55,508 bases of DNA from an uncultured Acidimicrobiaceae bacterium (GCA_964645875.1 CAZYCX010000004.1:1-55508); one strand, 5' to 3'; numbered from the stretch's first letter, positions 38,098-47,238 are shown. The notes: generated from the sequence alone by a model not told the origin. Made by a program: numbers and translations.

Positions 38098-39423
38098 GTG
38101 AGTCTGAGCGCATATCGAGACCTTCCTTCGGTCGATGTTCTCGCGGATCGAATCGAGAGCTCGTTGCCTCGCGCCATGGTCGTCGATGCCTGCCGGGCCG
38201 CCCTGGAGCAGGCCCGCTCCGACATAGCCGGCGGCGGATCGGCAGACCCAGAGCAGAGAGCACGTGAGATGGTGAGGGCGGTCGAGCGGTCCGCGGGGAT
38301 CAGGGTCGTGAACGCCACCGGCGTCCTCCTCCACACCAACCTGGGCCGGGCACCCTGGTCGGAGACGGCAACCGAGCGCGCCATGCGGGCGGCCTCGGGG
38401 TATGGAAACCTCGAGATCGACATCGAAACCGGGCAACGGGGCAGACGTGGTGCATACGCAGAGCGGCTCCTCACCACGCTGACCGGGGCGGATGCAGCAT
38501 TCGTGGTCAACAACAACGCCTCCGCGCTCCTCATCGCCCTCGCCGCCACCGCGCGGGGACGAACCGTTCCTGTTGCCCGGGGGGAGCTGATCGAGATCGG
38601 CGGCTCCTACCGCCTACCGGATGTGATGGACGCCAGTGGAGCCCGGCTGGTCGAAGTGGGAACCACCAATCGCACCCGGGTCGGTGACTACATGATTGCG
38701 CTGCAGACCCATCGGTGTGGCGCCTTGCTCAAGGTCCATCCGTCGAACTACCGCATCGAGGGTTTCACCCAGGAGGCCCCGGTGGCCGACCTGGCCAAAC
38801 TCGCCGCCGAGCAGGGCGTCCCGCTGATCTACGACATCGGCTCCGGTCTGCTCGACGCCGACGCTCCTTGGGTTCCGTCCTGGCTATCCGACGAGCCGGG
38901 GGCCCGGCAGGCCATCGGGGACGGGGCGGACCTGGTCACGTTCAGCGGCGACAAGCTGCTCGGAGGCCCCCAGGCGGGCATCATCGTCGGATCCGAAGAC
39001 CTGGTCGGGACCATCCGCCGGAGCCCGCTGGCCCGGGCCCTACGTGTCGACGGAGTCACCTATTCCGCCCTGGCAGCGACGCTCGAGGAGCATCTGGGCG
39101 GTCCACCAACCGAACTGCCCTTCTGGCGGCACGCGCTCGTCGACGATGGCGCCCTCAGGTCTCGATGCGAGCAGCTGGCGGGCCAGATCGACGGGGTGGT
39201 GGCAGAGGGGTTCTCCGCGGTCGGAGCGGGAAGCGCTCCGGGGATCCAGATCCCCTCGCCACAGGTCAGGCTGGCCGGACGCCAGGATCTCTACGAGTGT
39301 CTGCTGAGAGGTGACTCACCCGTGCTCACCCGACGCGATGCCGGCGACCTCGTGATCGACCTCAGGGCAGTCGAGGCCGACGACGACGTAGTGGTTGCCA
39401 GCGCGGTTCGACGATGCCTCTGA
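38098..39423 (+). CDS. selA: L-seryl-tRNA(Sec) selenium transferase
   Basis: LPSVD, VNATGVLLHTNLGRAP, VNNNA, RGELIEIGGSYRLPDVM, EVGTTNRT, KVHPSNY, FSGDKLLGGPQAG. Confidence 0.96.
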   Translation: MSLSAYRDLPSVDVLADRIESSLPRAMVVDACRAALEQARSDIAGGGSADPEQRAREMVRAVERSAGIRVVNATGVLLHTNLGRAPWSETATERAMRAASGYGNLEIDIETGQRGRRGAYAERLLTTLTGADAAFVVNNNASALLIALAATARGRTVPVARGELIEIGGSYRLPDVMDASGARLVEVGTTNRTRVGDYMIALQTHRCGALLKVHPSNYRIEGFTQEAPVADLAKLAAEQGVPLIYDIGSGLLDADAPWVPSWLSDEPGARQAIGDGADLVTFSGDKLLGGPQAGIIVGSEDLVGTIRRSPLARALRVDGVTYSALAATLEEHLGGPPTELPFWRHALVDDGALRSRCEQLAGQIDGVVAEGFSAVGAGSAPGIQIPSPQVRLAGRQDLYECLLRGDSPVLTRRDAGDLVIDLRAVEADDDVVVASAVRRCL

Positions 39424-41168
39424 TCGGTACTGCCGGTCACGTCGACCACGGGAAATCGACTCTCATCCAACGGATCACCGGGAGAGACCCGGACCGATGG
39501 GACGAGGAGAAGAGACGGGGGCTGACCATCGATCTCGGGTTCGCCTGGACCACACTCCCCGACGGGACCGAGATCTCGTTCGTGGATGTCCCCGGGCACG
39601 AGCGGTACCTGAAGAACATGCTCGCCGGCATCGAGGCCATCGACGTGGCCCTGTTCGTCGTGGCGGCGGACGAAGGATGGATGCCCCAGTCGGAAGAGCA
39701 CCTGGCGGTGCTCGATCTCCTCGAGGTCGACCGGGGAGTTGTCGCCCTCACCAAGGTCGACACGGTCGACGCAGACCTGGTTGGCCTCGCCCGAGCCGAG
39801 GTGGAGGACAAACTCGCGGGGACGTCCCTCTCCCAGGCGCCGGTGATGGCGGTCTCCGCCGCGACTGGTGAGGGGATGGGGGAACTGATCGAATCTCTCA
39901 CCGCACAGATCCCCGAAGAGCCGGTCCCCAACGGCCGACCCAGGCTGTGGGTCGATCGGTCCTTCACGCTCCCCGGTGCCGGCACGATCGTCACCGGCAG
40001 TCTCCTTGGATCGGGGCTGGCCGTCGACGACGCAGTCGTGGTCCTGCCCGCCGGTCTGACGACGCGGATCCGCGGCCTGCACAGCCACGAGCACGCCCGT
40101 CGGTCGGTTGCCCCCGGTCGAAGGGTGGCGGTGAACCTGGCGGGTCTGGATCACGACTCGATCGCCCGCGGTGACATGCTCGGGCTCCCCGGGCAGTGGG
40201 ACACGACTTCGCGTTTCACCGTCTCGCTCCGACCTGCCCGATTCGTCGAAGAGATCGAGCAGCGAGGCGCCTATCAGCTCCACATCGGGTCGGCCGCCCA
40301 CCGGGTTGGGATCGTCGCGATCGACGACGAGGCAGCGGTCATGCAAGTCGACACGAGGCTCCCGCTCGCCGCGGGCGACCGATTCATCCTCAGGGACACG
40401 GGGCGCAAGCTCGTCGTGGGCGGTGGACGGGTGATCGATCCCGACCCCGGGCCCACCCGTCGAGCCCTTGCAGGAGCCGCCGCGACACGATCCGGGATGG
40501 ATCCGGACGACATCGCCGATCGTCTGCTCGCCGGCCGACGGGTGGAGCGCGTCGACCGGCTGGTGGCTCACAGCGGGGGCGGACGGCCGAAGTCGGCGGT
40601 GCTGGTAGGCGGACTGGCCGTGGCTCCGGTCGTGATCGAGGAGCTGGAAGAGACCGCATCCTCCCTGGTCGAAGCCGAGCACCGGATCCACCCGCTCCGC
40701 CCCGGCCTGCCGATTGCGACCCTGGCCGTGCGGCTCGGGGTGGAAGCCTCTGTGACCGAAGCGATCGTCGAGCGCTCGACCCGGCTGGAGCGGCGTGGCC
40801 CAGACGTGGCCCGGCCCGGACACGAACCCCGACTGACCCGGAGCCAGGAGACGTCCTGGCGGGAGGCACGCGATCGATTGTCGGCCGGCCTCGCGGTCCC
40901 CGACCTCGAAACTCTCGGGCTGGATGCCGAGATCGTGCACCACAAGGTGCGCACTGGGGAGCTGATCCGGGTCAGTGAGAGACTCGCCTATCTGCCCTCA
41001 CAGATAGAGGAGGTCGAGTCCCTGATGGCAGGGTTTGGCGGCGAATTCACGGTGGCGGACTTCAGAGATGCGGCCGGGCTGTCGCGCAAGTACGCAGTTC
41101 CCATCCTGGAATGGAGCGATAGAGAAGGGCTCACCCTCCGCCGCGGTGACCTCCGCCGCCTCAGGTGA
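39414..41168 (+). CDS. selB: Selenocysteine-specific elongation factor
   Basis: GTAGHVDHGKS, EEKRRGLTIDLGFA, DVPGHE, MPQSEEH; SECIS-binding winged helix FRDAAGLSRKYAVPILE. Confidence 0.96.
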   Translation: MPLIGTAGHVDHGKSTLIQRITGRDPDRWDEEKRRGLTIDLGFAWTTLPDGTEISFVDVPGHERYLKNMLAGIEAIDVALFVVAADEGWMPQSEEHLAVLDLLEVDRGVVALTKVDTVDADLVGLARAEVEDKLAGTSLSQAPVMAVSAATGEGMGELIESLTAQIPEEPVPNGRPRLWVDRSFTLPGAGTIVTGSLLGSGLAVDDAVVVLPAGLTTRIRGLHSHEHARRSVAPGRRVAVNLAGLDHDSIARGDMLGLPGQWDTTSRFTVSLRPARFVEEIEQRGAYQLHIGSAAHRVGIVAIDDEAAVMQVDTRLPLAAGDRFILRDTGRKLVVGGGRVIDPDPGPTRRALAGAAATRSGMDPDDIADRLLAGRRVERVDRLVAHSGGGRPKSAVLVGGLAVAPVVIEELEETASSLVEAEHRIHPLRPGLPIATLAVRLGVEASVTEAIVERSTRLERRGPDVARPGHEPRLTRSQETSWREARDRLSAGLAVPDLETLGLDAEIVHHKVRTGELIRVSERLAYLPSQIEEVESLMAGFGGEFTVADFRDAAGLSRKYAVPILEWSDREGLTLRRGDLRRLR

Positions 41169-41193
41169 GCCCTTGTCGCTCGGTAGGGAACCA

Positions 41194-41442
41194 CTAGCCG
41201 ACTACGGCGATGCTCCTTCGCTCGACCTCGGTGAGCCCGCCCCAAATCCCGAATGGCTCCCGAATGTCGATGGCGTGCCGCGAGCAAGGATCTTGCACCG
41301 GACACACCCCGCAGATGGCCTTCGCCTTCATTTCACGTCGCTCCCGCTCTTCCTTTCTCTCAAAGGTCGAAGGGGGAAAAAAGAGATAGGCATGGTTCCC
41401 ACGACAAAGTGCCTCCAGTTGCCATTCGTCTGAGTGGGACAA
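41194..41442 (-). CDS. WhiB-family regulator (WhiB3-like)
   Basis: WQLEALCRG...LFFPP..ER..ER..RE.KAKAICGVCPV..PC...EPFGIWGGLTE; TTG start 8 nt after GGAGG. Confidence 0.9.
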   Translation of the reverse strand: MSHSDEWQLEALCRGNHAYLFFPPSTFERKEERERREMKAKAICGVCPVQDPCSRHAIDIREPFGIWGGLTEVERRSIAVVG

Positions 41443-41493
41443 CCTCAACTCCTCCCGCTTGCTTGCGACAACCGGACCGAAGCTAACGAATCA

Positions 41494-41529
41494 GCCGTCA
41501 GGGTTCAAGACAGAATCTGACAGAACGGC
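41494..41529. repeat. Degenerate/truncated copy of the 53-bp palindromic element
   Basis: Right arm tgacagaacgg intact; left arm ccgtca equals ccgttctgtca minus 5 nt. Confidence 0.45.
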
Positions 41530-41532
41530 CGC

Positions 41533-42741
41533 CTATGTTTCGCGGTCTGTGCTCAAACGGTCCACTTCGAGGTAGAGACCGTCGACCCCGGTCACCTCGA
41601 TCGTGTCCCCTGAGGTGATGCCTGCCTCCCGATGAGCCGTGCCCCGCCAGCGTGCGCCGCGCACCTCGACGAGACCGTCGGGATCGAAGTCGACGAGAGC
41701 CACTCCGCTCTCGCCGATCAGACCCCCGCGTCCAATGGTCTCGGTGGAGAGGCGGGCGCGCTGCACCGTGGGCATGGCCAAGAGGAAGAAGAAGAGGACT
41801 CCGAGGACGGTCGGGAGCACCAGCCACCACCGGGGGTCGATCTGTCCCCCGCCGTCGATCAGGAACATCCCGGAAACCTGCAGTGCCGCCGCTCCGACCA
41901 GGGTCAGGGCGAAGATGCCGCCCAATTGATGTGCCGCCACCAGAGTCGCGAAAGCCAGGGCCAACAAGAGAAGTGCCCACCAGGCGGCGGGAAGGGTGAC
42001 CATCCCCCAACCTCCCAGGATCAGCGAGATGGCGGCCACACCGGCGGCCACACCGGGGCCGAGTGCGTAGAACTCGAAGACAGCCACGCTCAGCCCGATC
42101 GCCAGGAAGAAGAAAGCCGCCTCGGGAGTCACGGCCAGTCGGAAGAACCGGGTGCCGAGATCGGGTTTGCGGAATGTGACGTCTTTCGTGGTCACTCCGC
42201 CCTCGACCTGACGCAGTGTCGAGACGGTCACCTCCCCCTCGGTGGTCAGGAAGGTGGCGCCGTCGAGATCCTGGAGATACTGGCGGATCGTGGGTTGGAG
42301 CGGTAGACCCGTCTCCTCTGCCACGATCAACTCATCGGAGCGGGCTTCGTCCAGGCCGAGGATGCGAGGGGCGAAGCGACCTTCGAATGTGCCGGGGGCC
42401 ATCGCCGCGTGACTCGCCAGATGGGGAAGGTCCGCTGCCGCACCGTACACCGACGCCGGAGCGGGACCGACCCACACGGCCACCGGGAGCGGAGGCGTCG
42501 CGATCAGATCGGCGAGCTCCTCGAACGCCTCGCCGTGGAGGACGGCCTTCGAGTCGAGCTGGACGACGGACAGCTCCTGGCCGATCTCGGCCGCCTCCTC
42601 GATCGAGGCGGAGATGAACCTCAGCGCCGACTTGTCGAGAGGCCCGCTGACGTCGACCACATCGATGCCGCCTCCGGTCGGTTCGGCACATGCGCTCAGG
42701 GCGAAGACCGCGGCCACGGCGAGAAGAATCGAGCGACGCAC
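41533..42741 (-). CDS. NfeD-family membrane protein (long form, degenerate ClpP-like domain, lipobox)
   Basis: ALSAC lipobox, PVAVWVGP, TM block VFEFYALGPGVAA, C-terminal OB domain G.VEVRGARWRG...IEVTGVDGLYLEV. Confidence 0.82.
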   Translation of the reverse strand: MRRSILLAVAAVFALSACAEPTGGGIDVVDVSGPLDKSALRFISASIEEAAEIGQELSVVQLDSKAVLHGEAFEELADLIATPPLPVAVWVGPAPASVYGAAADLPHLASHAAMAPGTFEGRFAPRILGLDEARSDELIVAEETGLPLQPTIRQYLQDLDGATFLTTEGEVTVSTLRQVEGGVTTKDVTFRKPDLGTRFFRLAVTPEAAFFFLAIGLSVAVFEFYALGPGVAAGVAAISLILGGWGMVTLPAAWWALLLLALAFATLVAAHQLGGIFALTLVGAAALQVSGMFLIDGGGQIDPRWWLVLPTVLGVLFFFLLAMPTVQRARLSTETIGRGGLIGESGVALVDFDPDGLVEVRGARWRGTAHREAGITSGDTIEVTGVDGLYLEVDRLSTDRET

Positions 42742-42773
42742 GATCCGGGAGGTTAGGACCGGCCCGCTCCCTA

Positions 42774-42826
42774 CCGTTCTGTGAAGATCTACCGACACAG
42801 TGTGTCCACAAACCCTCACAGAACGG
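42774..42826. repeat. 53-bp palindromic element, copy 2
   Basis: ccgttctgtga...tcacagaacgg with central gacaca-g-tgtgtc; same length as copy 1. Confidence 0.8.
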
Positions 42827-42858
42827 TTGGAGACGGGGTACCGCTATCGTCGCGGGCC

Positions 42859-43245
42859 ATGCCTATCGCTCTGGTCGTCGCAGACGGGAGGTGGGTGACC
42901 AACGAGGTCCGCTCTGCCCTTTCGGTCGACTCCTGGGAGATCGATGAGATCGACGATCCACGGGCTGTTACCGACCGGCTCGAGGAATCCAAGGTCGACG
43001 CGGTGATCATCGACATGCAGGTGGGATCGAAGGGCGGGATGGCGGTGGTTCGTTCGATCCGCCAGACCTTCGAAGCCGCCGATCGTCCTCGCATGGTCTT
43101 GCTGCTCGACCGATCTGCCGACGTTTTCCTGGCGCGCCGGGCGGGAGCCGACGCCTCGGTGCTCAAGCCGTTCGATGCCCCGGAGCTGCGGGCGGCACTG
43201 AGGACACGGCCGCCCGTCCCGGTAGGCGCCGAGGAGGAGGAGTAG
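42859..43245 (+). CDS. Stand-alone response-regulator receiver domain protein
   Basis: ALVVAD, DAVIIDMQVGSKGG, AGADASVLKPF. Confidence 0.82.
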   Translation: MPIALVVADGRWVTNEVRSALSVDSWEIDEIDDPRAVTDRLEESKVDAVIIDMQVGSKGGMAVVRSIRQTFEAADRPRMVLLLDRSADVFLARRAGADASVLKPFDAPELRAALRTRPPVPVGAEEEE

Positions 43246-43252
43246 GCGGAGC

Positions 43253-43993
43253 TCAGCGATCCGGCTGGAGCGTGAACCCGAAGGGAAGCTCGAGACGGTT
43301 CTCAGAGAGGAGCTTCTCATCGGCCAGCAGACGCCGGGTCGGCCAGTCGGCGACGATTCTTCCGTCAAGCATGACCACCGACCGGGGGCAGAGCTCCAGC
43401 GCGAGCGGCAGGTCGTGAGTGATGATGATCTGGGTCATCGATAGCGGAGCCAGGGTGGCCACCAGCTCCCGACGGCCTGCCCCATCGAGGTCGGACGATG
43501 GCTCGTCGAACACGAGGACCTCCGGCTCCATGGCGAGAACGGTGGCGAGGGCGGCACGTCGTCGCTCTCCTCCGCTGAGGTGATGGGCCGGCCTGGCCCC
43601 GAGGTCCGAACCGCCGACGGCCGCAAGTGCATCCTCGACCCTTCGCTCCAACTCCTCACCGGTGAGTCCGAGATTCGCCGGCCCAAATGCGACATCCTCG
43701 CCGACGTTCGTCATGAAGAGCTGATCGTTCGCGTCCTGAAAGACCAGGCCCACCATCCTCCTGATCTCACTCAGACGCCCTTCGGTGACGGGGACCGCCC
43801 CGATGGTCACAGTGCCGGAGGCGGGCCGATGGATCCCGTTCAGATGAAGAGCGAGCGTGGTCTTCCCGGCACCGTTGGGTCCGAGGATGGCGACACGCTC
43901 TCCGGCCTCCACTGCCAGATCGACCCCCCTCAGGGCGACGCGCCCGTCGGGGTAGGCGAACTCGAGACCCTCGACCCGGATCCCTGCGCTCAC
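43253..43993 (-). CDS. cbiO: ECF Co/Ni transporter ATPase
   Basis: GPNGAGKT, VFQDANDQLF, DVAFGPAN, LSGGERRR, FDEPSSDLD. Confidence 0.92.
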   Translation of the reverse strand: MSAGIRVEGLEFAYPDGRVALRGVDLAVEAGERVAILGPNGAGKTTLALHLNGIHRPASGTVTIGAVPVTEGRLSEIRRMVGLVFQDANDQLFMTNVGEDVAFGPANLGLTGEELERRVEDALAAVGGSDLGARPAHHLSGGERRRAALATVLAMEPEVLVFDEPSSDLDGAGRRELVATLAPLSMTQIIITHDLPLALELCPRSVVMLDGRIVADWPTRRLLADEKLLSENRLELPFGFTLQPDR

Positions 43994-44754
43994 GACGTCA
44001 CCAGCCCGAGCGTCGCCACCGCGACGGAGACGGCCAACAACACGGCGACGAGCAGCCATTCCCGGGTGGCGGCCTCACGGTGTCCCAGGGCAGGCATGGT
44101 TCCGGTGAATCCACGGGCGAGCATCGCCTCATGCACCCGCTCCCCTCGCTCGTAGGAACGCACGAACAAGGCTCCCGCCGAACTGGCGATGGGACGGGCC
44201 TGGCCCAGCCAACGGGGGTCGTAACCCCGGGACGTCATGGCGACCCTCGTCCTACGCAACTCGTCGGCGATGAGCTCCAGGTAACGCACCATGAACATGG
44301 CGATCGCAGTGAAGAGGGTAGGGACTCTCAACACCCCCAGTCCCCGGATGATGTCCGGGATCTCGGTCGTGGCCGTCAAGACGATGCTCGCGCTCGCACC
44401 GAGGAGCGCCTTGGCCAGTACGTTCCACATTCCCCAAAGACCCTGGACCGATACCTCCAACCCCCACACTTCGATGCGGTCCCCCGAGGCGATGAACGGG
44501 ATGAACAAGGCGAAGATCACGAATGGCGCCACCGCGGTGAGCCGGAGGGCGAGGAAGCCCAGCGGTACCCGCGCCAGCACCGCGAGAGTCGCGACCACGG
44601 CGGCGTATGCCCCGAACGCCCACACTGCCTCGCGGGGGGTGATCGCGACACAGATGACGAATCCGCAGGCGGCCACCAGTTTGGCCTCGGGTGCGAGTCG
44701 GTGGATCGCACTGTGCTCGTGGACGTAGAGGGCGTGGCTGTGACCGGCACCCAT
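43990..44754 (-). CDS. cbiQ: ECF Co/Ni transporter T component
   Basis: MGAGHSH, SAIHRL, MVRYLE, AMTSRG, LFVRSYERGERVHEAMLARGF. Confidence 0.93.
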   Translation of the reverse strand: MGAGHSHALYVHEHSAIHRLAPEAKLVAACGFVICVAITPREAVWAFGAYAAVVATLAVLARVPLGFLALRLTAVAPFVIFALFIPFIASGDRIEVWGLEVSVQGLWGMWNVLAKALLGASASIVLTATTEIPDIIRGLGVLRVPTLFTAIAMFMVRYLELIADELRRTRVAMTSRGYDPRWLGQARPIASSAGALFVRSYERGERVHEAMLARGFTGTMPALGHREAATREWLLVAVLLAVSVAVATLGLVTS

Positions 44755-44768
44755 GGACTAGGGCCCCA

Positions 44769-45764
44769 TCACACCGCTCTGGGCTCGCTCCGGCGTCGCT
44801 CCCGGAGGGCAAGGAAGATCCCGGCCACCACGGCCAGAGTGACAACGGTCCCCACCACGCCCGCAATCGCCAGACTGAACGACTCGTTGGAGATACCGGC
44901 AGTGGCGTAGTCGGCGAACAGCGAGTCGGCGAGGGCGTGATCGGTGGCCGAGACGACGAATCCGGTGTCTTCCGCCACGCGTTCGAGGCCGTCGGGAGCT
45001 TCCACCGCGAACTGGCTGACCACGGTGGCTAAAGCGAGAGCAACCAACAGCCCCCCGACCAAGAAGGTCCGTGTCTGGACCCTGGTGTCGGCTAGTTCGA
45101 CCCGGTTCAGGTCGGATCCGCCGTGGACCAGGTCCGGTCGTGAGGCGAGAACGGCGCCTACGGCGAGGGCACTGATGACGGCTTCGCCGACACCGATCAA
45201 CGAGTGGACACCCACCATGGCCATGAAGACGTCGTCGAAGGCGACCGGAGCCGTCGCCCCGAAGAGCCACAGTATCGAGAAAGCGATGGCCGACATGACC
45301 ACCGAAGCCCAGGCCGCGATCCCCGTGGCGCCGACCACCCCCCCGGTGGTCCTCGGCACCATGCGACGGAACAGGCGGAACACGGCATAGCCTCCGTATG
45401 CGGGGATGATCGCCATGTTGAGCACGTTGTAGCCGAGGGCGGTCAGCCCCCCGTCGGCGAACGCCAGAGCCTGGACGACCACGACGATCGTCACCACGAT
45501 CGCCCCGACAGACGGCCCGAGGAGGATGGCGGCGAGGGCACCACCGACGAGATGGCCCGTGGTTCCTGCCGCCACCGGGAAGTTGAACATCTGGGCGGCG
45601 AAGACGAAAGCCGCCGTTGTCCCGGCCAGGGGTATCGCCCGGTCGGCCAACTGGCTTTGAGACTGTCGGAGGGCGAATCCGACCACCACGATGCTGATGC
45701 CGGCGGTGACGATGGCGGTTCCGGCATCGAGGAAACCGTCGGGTGCGTGCAGGGCCAGGATCAT
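44769..45764 (-). CDS. cbiM: ECF Co/Ni S component fused to a PDGLE (NikMN-like) domain
   Basis: HAPDGFL, AFVFAAQMFNFPV..GTTGH, FADGGLTALG.N, C-terminal PDGLERVA. Start ATG 45764 inferred from -10 TATGGT 7 nt upstream. Confidence 0.9.
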   Translation of the reverse strand: MILALHAPDGFLDAGTAIVTAGISIVVVGFALRQSQSQLADRAIPLAGTTAAFVFAAQMFNFPVAAGTTGHLVGGALAAILLGPSVGAIVVTIVVVVQALAFADGGLTALGYNVLNMAIIPAYGGYAVFRLFRRMVPRTTGGVVGATGIAAWASVVMSAIAFSILWLFGATAPVAFDDVFMAMVGVHSLIGVGEAVISALAVGAVLASRPDLVHGGSDLNRVELADTRVQTRTFLVGGLLVALALATVVSQFAVEAPDGLERVAEDTGFVVSATDHALADSLFADYATAGISNESFSLAIAGVVGTVVTLAVVAGIFLALRERRRSEPRAV

Positions 45765-45784
45765 CACCACGACCATACATCTAC

Positions 45785-45801
45785 CTGCAAGCGACTCGCA
45801 A
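45785..45801. promoter_or_regulatory. Putative Nur box
   Basis: cTGCAA-gcgac-TcGCAA against the Streptomyces Nur consensus tTGCaa-N5-ttGCAA; lies between the ECF operon and the Fur-family gene. Confidence 0.6.
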
Positions 45802-45827
45802 TCAAGTGTCGGTCGCATGTGTCTACG

Positions 45828-46265
45828 ATGCAGCCCATGGAAGCCGCATCCGAGCTGGGCGTGGTGCTCCGGGACCACGGCTACCGGCTCACCAGCCCGC
45901 GCTGGCTGGTGTGGTCGGTGCTCAGGTCGGCGGGCGGGCACCTGACCGCAGACGAGGTGCACGCTCGAGTGAACGAGGCCGACCCGACCGTCAACATCTC
46001 CTCGGTCTACCGCTCCCTCACCCTCTTCGAGGATCTGGATCTGGTGCGCGAGTCACATCTCGGCATAGACGACTCCGCCCGGTGGGAGATCGCCCATCCC
46101 GATGACCACTTCCACATGGTGTGCCGCTTGTGTGGCTCGGTCGACCATCACGAGGGAGAGCTCGTCGACCAGATCCGGTCACATCTGGGAGATCACCACG
46201 ACTTCTCCACGGAGAACGTCGATCTCGTGGTCACCGGTATCTGCGAGTCGTGCAGCCGGCGGTGA
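45828..46265 (+). CDS. Fur-family regulator (Nur-like by context)
   Basis: GYRLTSPR, HLTADEV, ISSVYRSL, HFHMVCRLCG, GICESC. Start is 45828 or 45837. Confidence 0.9.
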   Translation: MQPMEAASELGVVLRDHGYRLTSPRWLVWSVLRSAGGHLTADEVHARVNEADPTVNISSVYRSLTLFEDLDLVRESHLGIDDSARWEIAHPDDHFHMVCRLCGSVDHHEGELVDQIRSHLGDHHDFSTENVDLVVTGICESCSRR

Positions 46266-46269
46266 CTGC

Positions 46270-46305
46270 GGGTCATTCGTCCCCCCGGATCAGGACCTCC
46301 GCTAC
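46270..46305 (+). promoter_or_regulatory. Putative tandem DosR/DevR-like boxes
   Basis: GGGTCATTCGTCCC (46270-46283) and AGGACCTCCGCTAC (46292-46305), 22 bp apart, upstream of the CBS-BON gene. Confidence 0.45.
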
Positions 46306-46367
46306 CTGACACGGGAACATGCGGCGACCGACCATCGGGTAAGATCCGACGAGAGGGAGTTGGCACC

Positions 46368-47069
46368 ATGAACGTTCGAGACCTGATGACGACCGACTTG
46401 ATCACGGTGGGACCTGAGGCCCCACTCAAGGAGGCCGCGCGCCGGATGATCGAAGGCGCTGTCAGCGGTCTGCTCGTCACCGACGAAGACGGCGCTCTGC
46501 TCGGTGTCATCACCGAAGCCGACTTCGTCAAGGCCGAATCCGACCGCCGAGCCGGCAAGAGAGCCCGCCTCCTCCAGTGGTTCAGCCACGACGACACCGA
46601 GATCCCCAGCACGGAACGGCGCGTGGGTGACGTGATGACCTCCGAGGTGGTCAGCCTGGGTCCCGATGCGGATCACGCCGAAGCGGCCCGGCTGATGAGG
46701 AAGGCTGGAGTGAAGAGACTCCCGATCGTCGACGAAGACGGGCGCCCGGTAGGCATTCTCAGCCGGTCCGACATCATGCGCGCCTTCGCCCGAGCCGACT
46801 CGGACATCATCGCGGAGGTCTCGGAGCACATCATCAAGGACATCCTGTGGATCGACCCCAAGCGGGTAGACGTCCGCTCCGAGGAGGGCAACGTGAAGCT
46901 GCGAGGTCAGTTGGAGACCCGCGGCGATGCCACCTTGCTGGAAGACCTGACCCGTCGTGTCGACGGTGTGGTCTCGGTCGACTCCGAGCTGACCTGGGAG
47001 ATCGACAACACCAAACTCGAGATGACGACTCCGCCGCCCTCGGGAATTCGACGCTCCAACTGGCGCTGA
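46368..47069 (+). CDS. CBS-pair plus BON domain protein
   Basis: VRDLMT...GVITEAD, VGDVMT...KRLPIVD..GILSRSD; BON domain VDVRSEEGNVKLRG...VDGVVSVDSEL. Confidence 0.92.
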   Translation: MNVRDLMTTDLITVGPEAPLKEAARRMIEGAVSGLLVTDEDGALLGVITEADFVKAESDRRAGKRARLLQWFSHDDTEIPSTERRVGDVMTSEVVSLGPDADHAEAARLMRKAGVKRLPIVDEDGRPVGILSRSDIMRAFARADSDIIAEVSEHIIKDILWIDPKRVDVRSEEGNVKLRGQLETRGDATLLEDLTRRVDGVVSVDSELTWEIDNTKLEMTTPPPSGIRRSNWR

Positions 47070-47175
47070 CCGGGATCACACCCGCGTCGCGGCTCGACCG
47101 CGGGTCTCCGTATTCGGCGTCAGATCCGGACGTGACCACATCGACTGCTGCCGGGGAGCGTTAACGTCGGCCGGT

Positions 47176-47238
47176 ATGGCTCTGCCAATCGCCAGACGAA
47201 TGGACCTCATCCCCTCGGAATCATCGGGATCGGGGTGA
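47176..47238 (+). CDS. Putative leaderless 20-aa leader peptide (MALPIARRMDLIPSESSGSG)
   Basis: ATG 8 nt after the -10-like TAACGT; overlaps the 5' arm of a long stem upstream of the antiporter. Confidence 0.3.
   Translation: MALPIARRMDLIPSESSGSG

Noticed and set aside
41169-41530. tRNA-Sec (selC) next to selB
   Set aside because: The interval holds a WhiB gene; no cloverleaf or UCA anticodon arm found.
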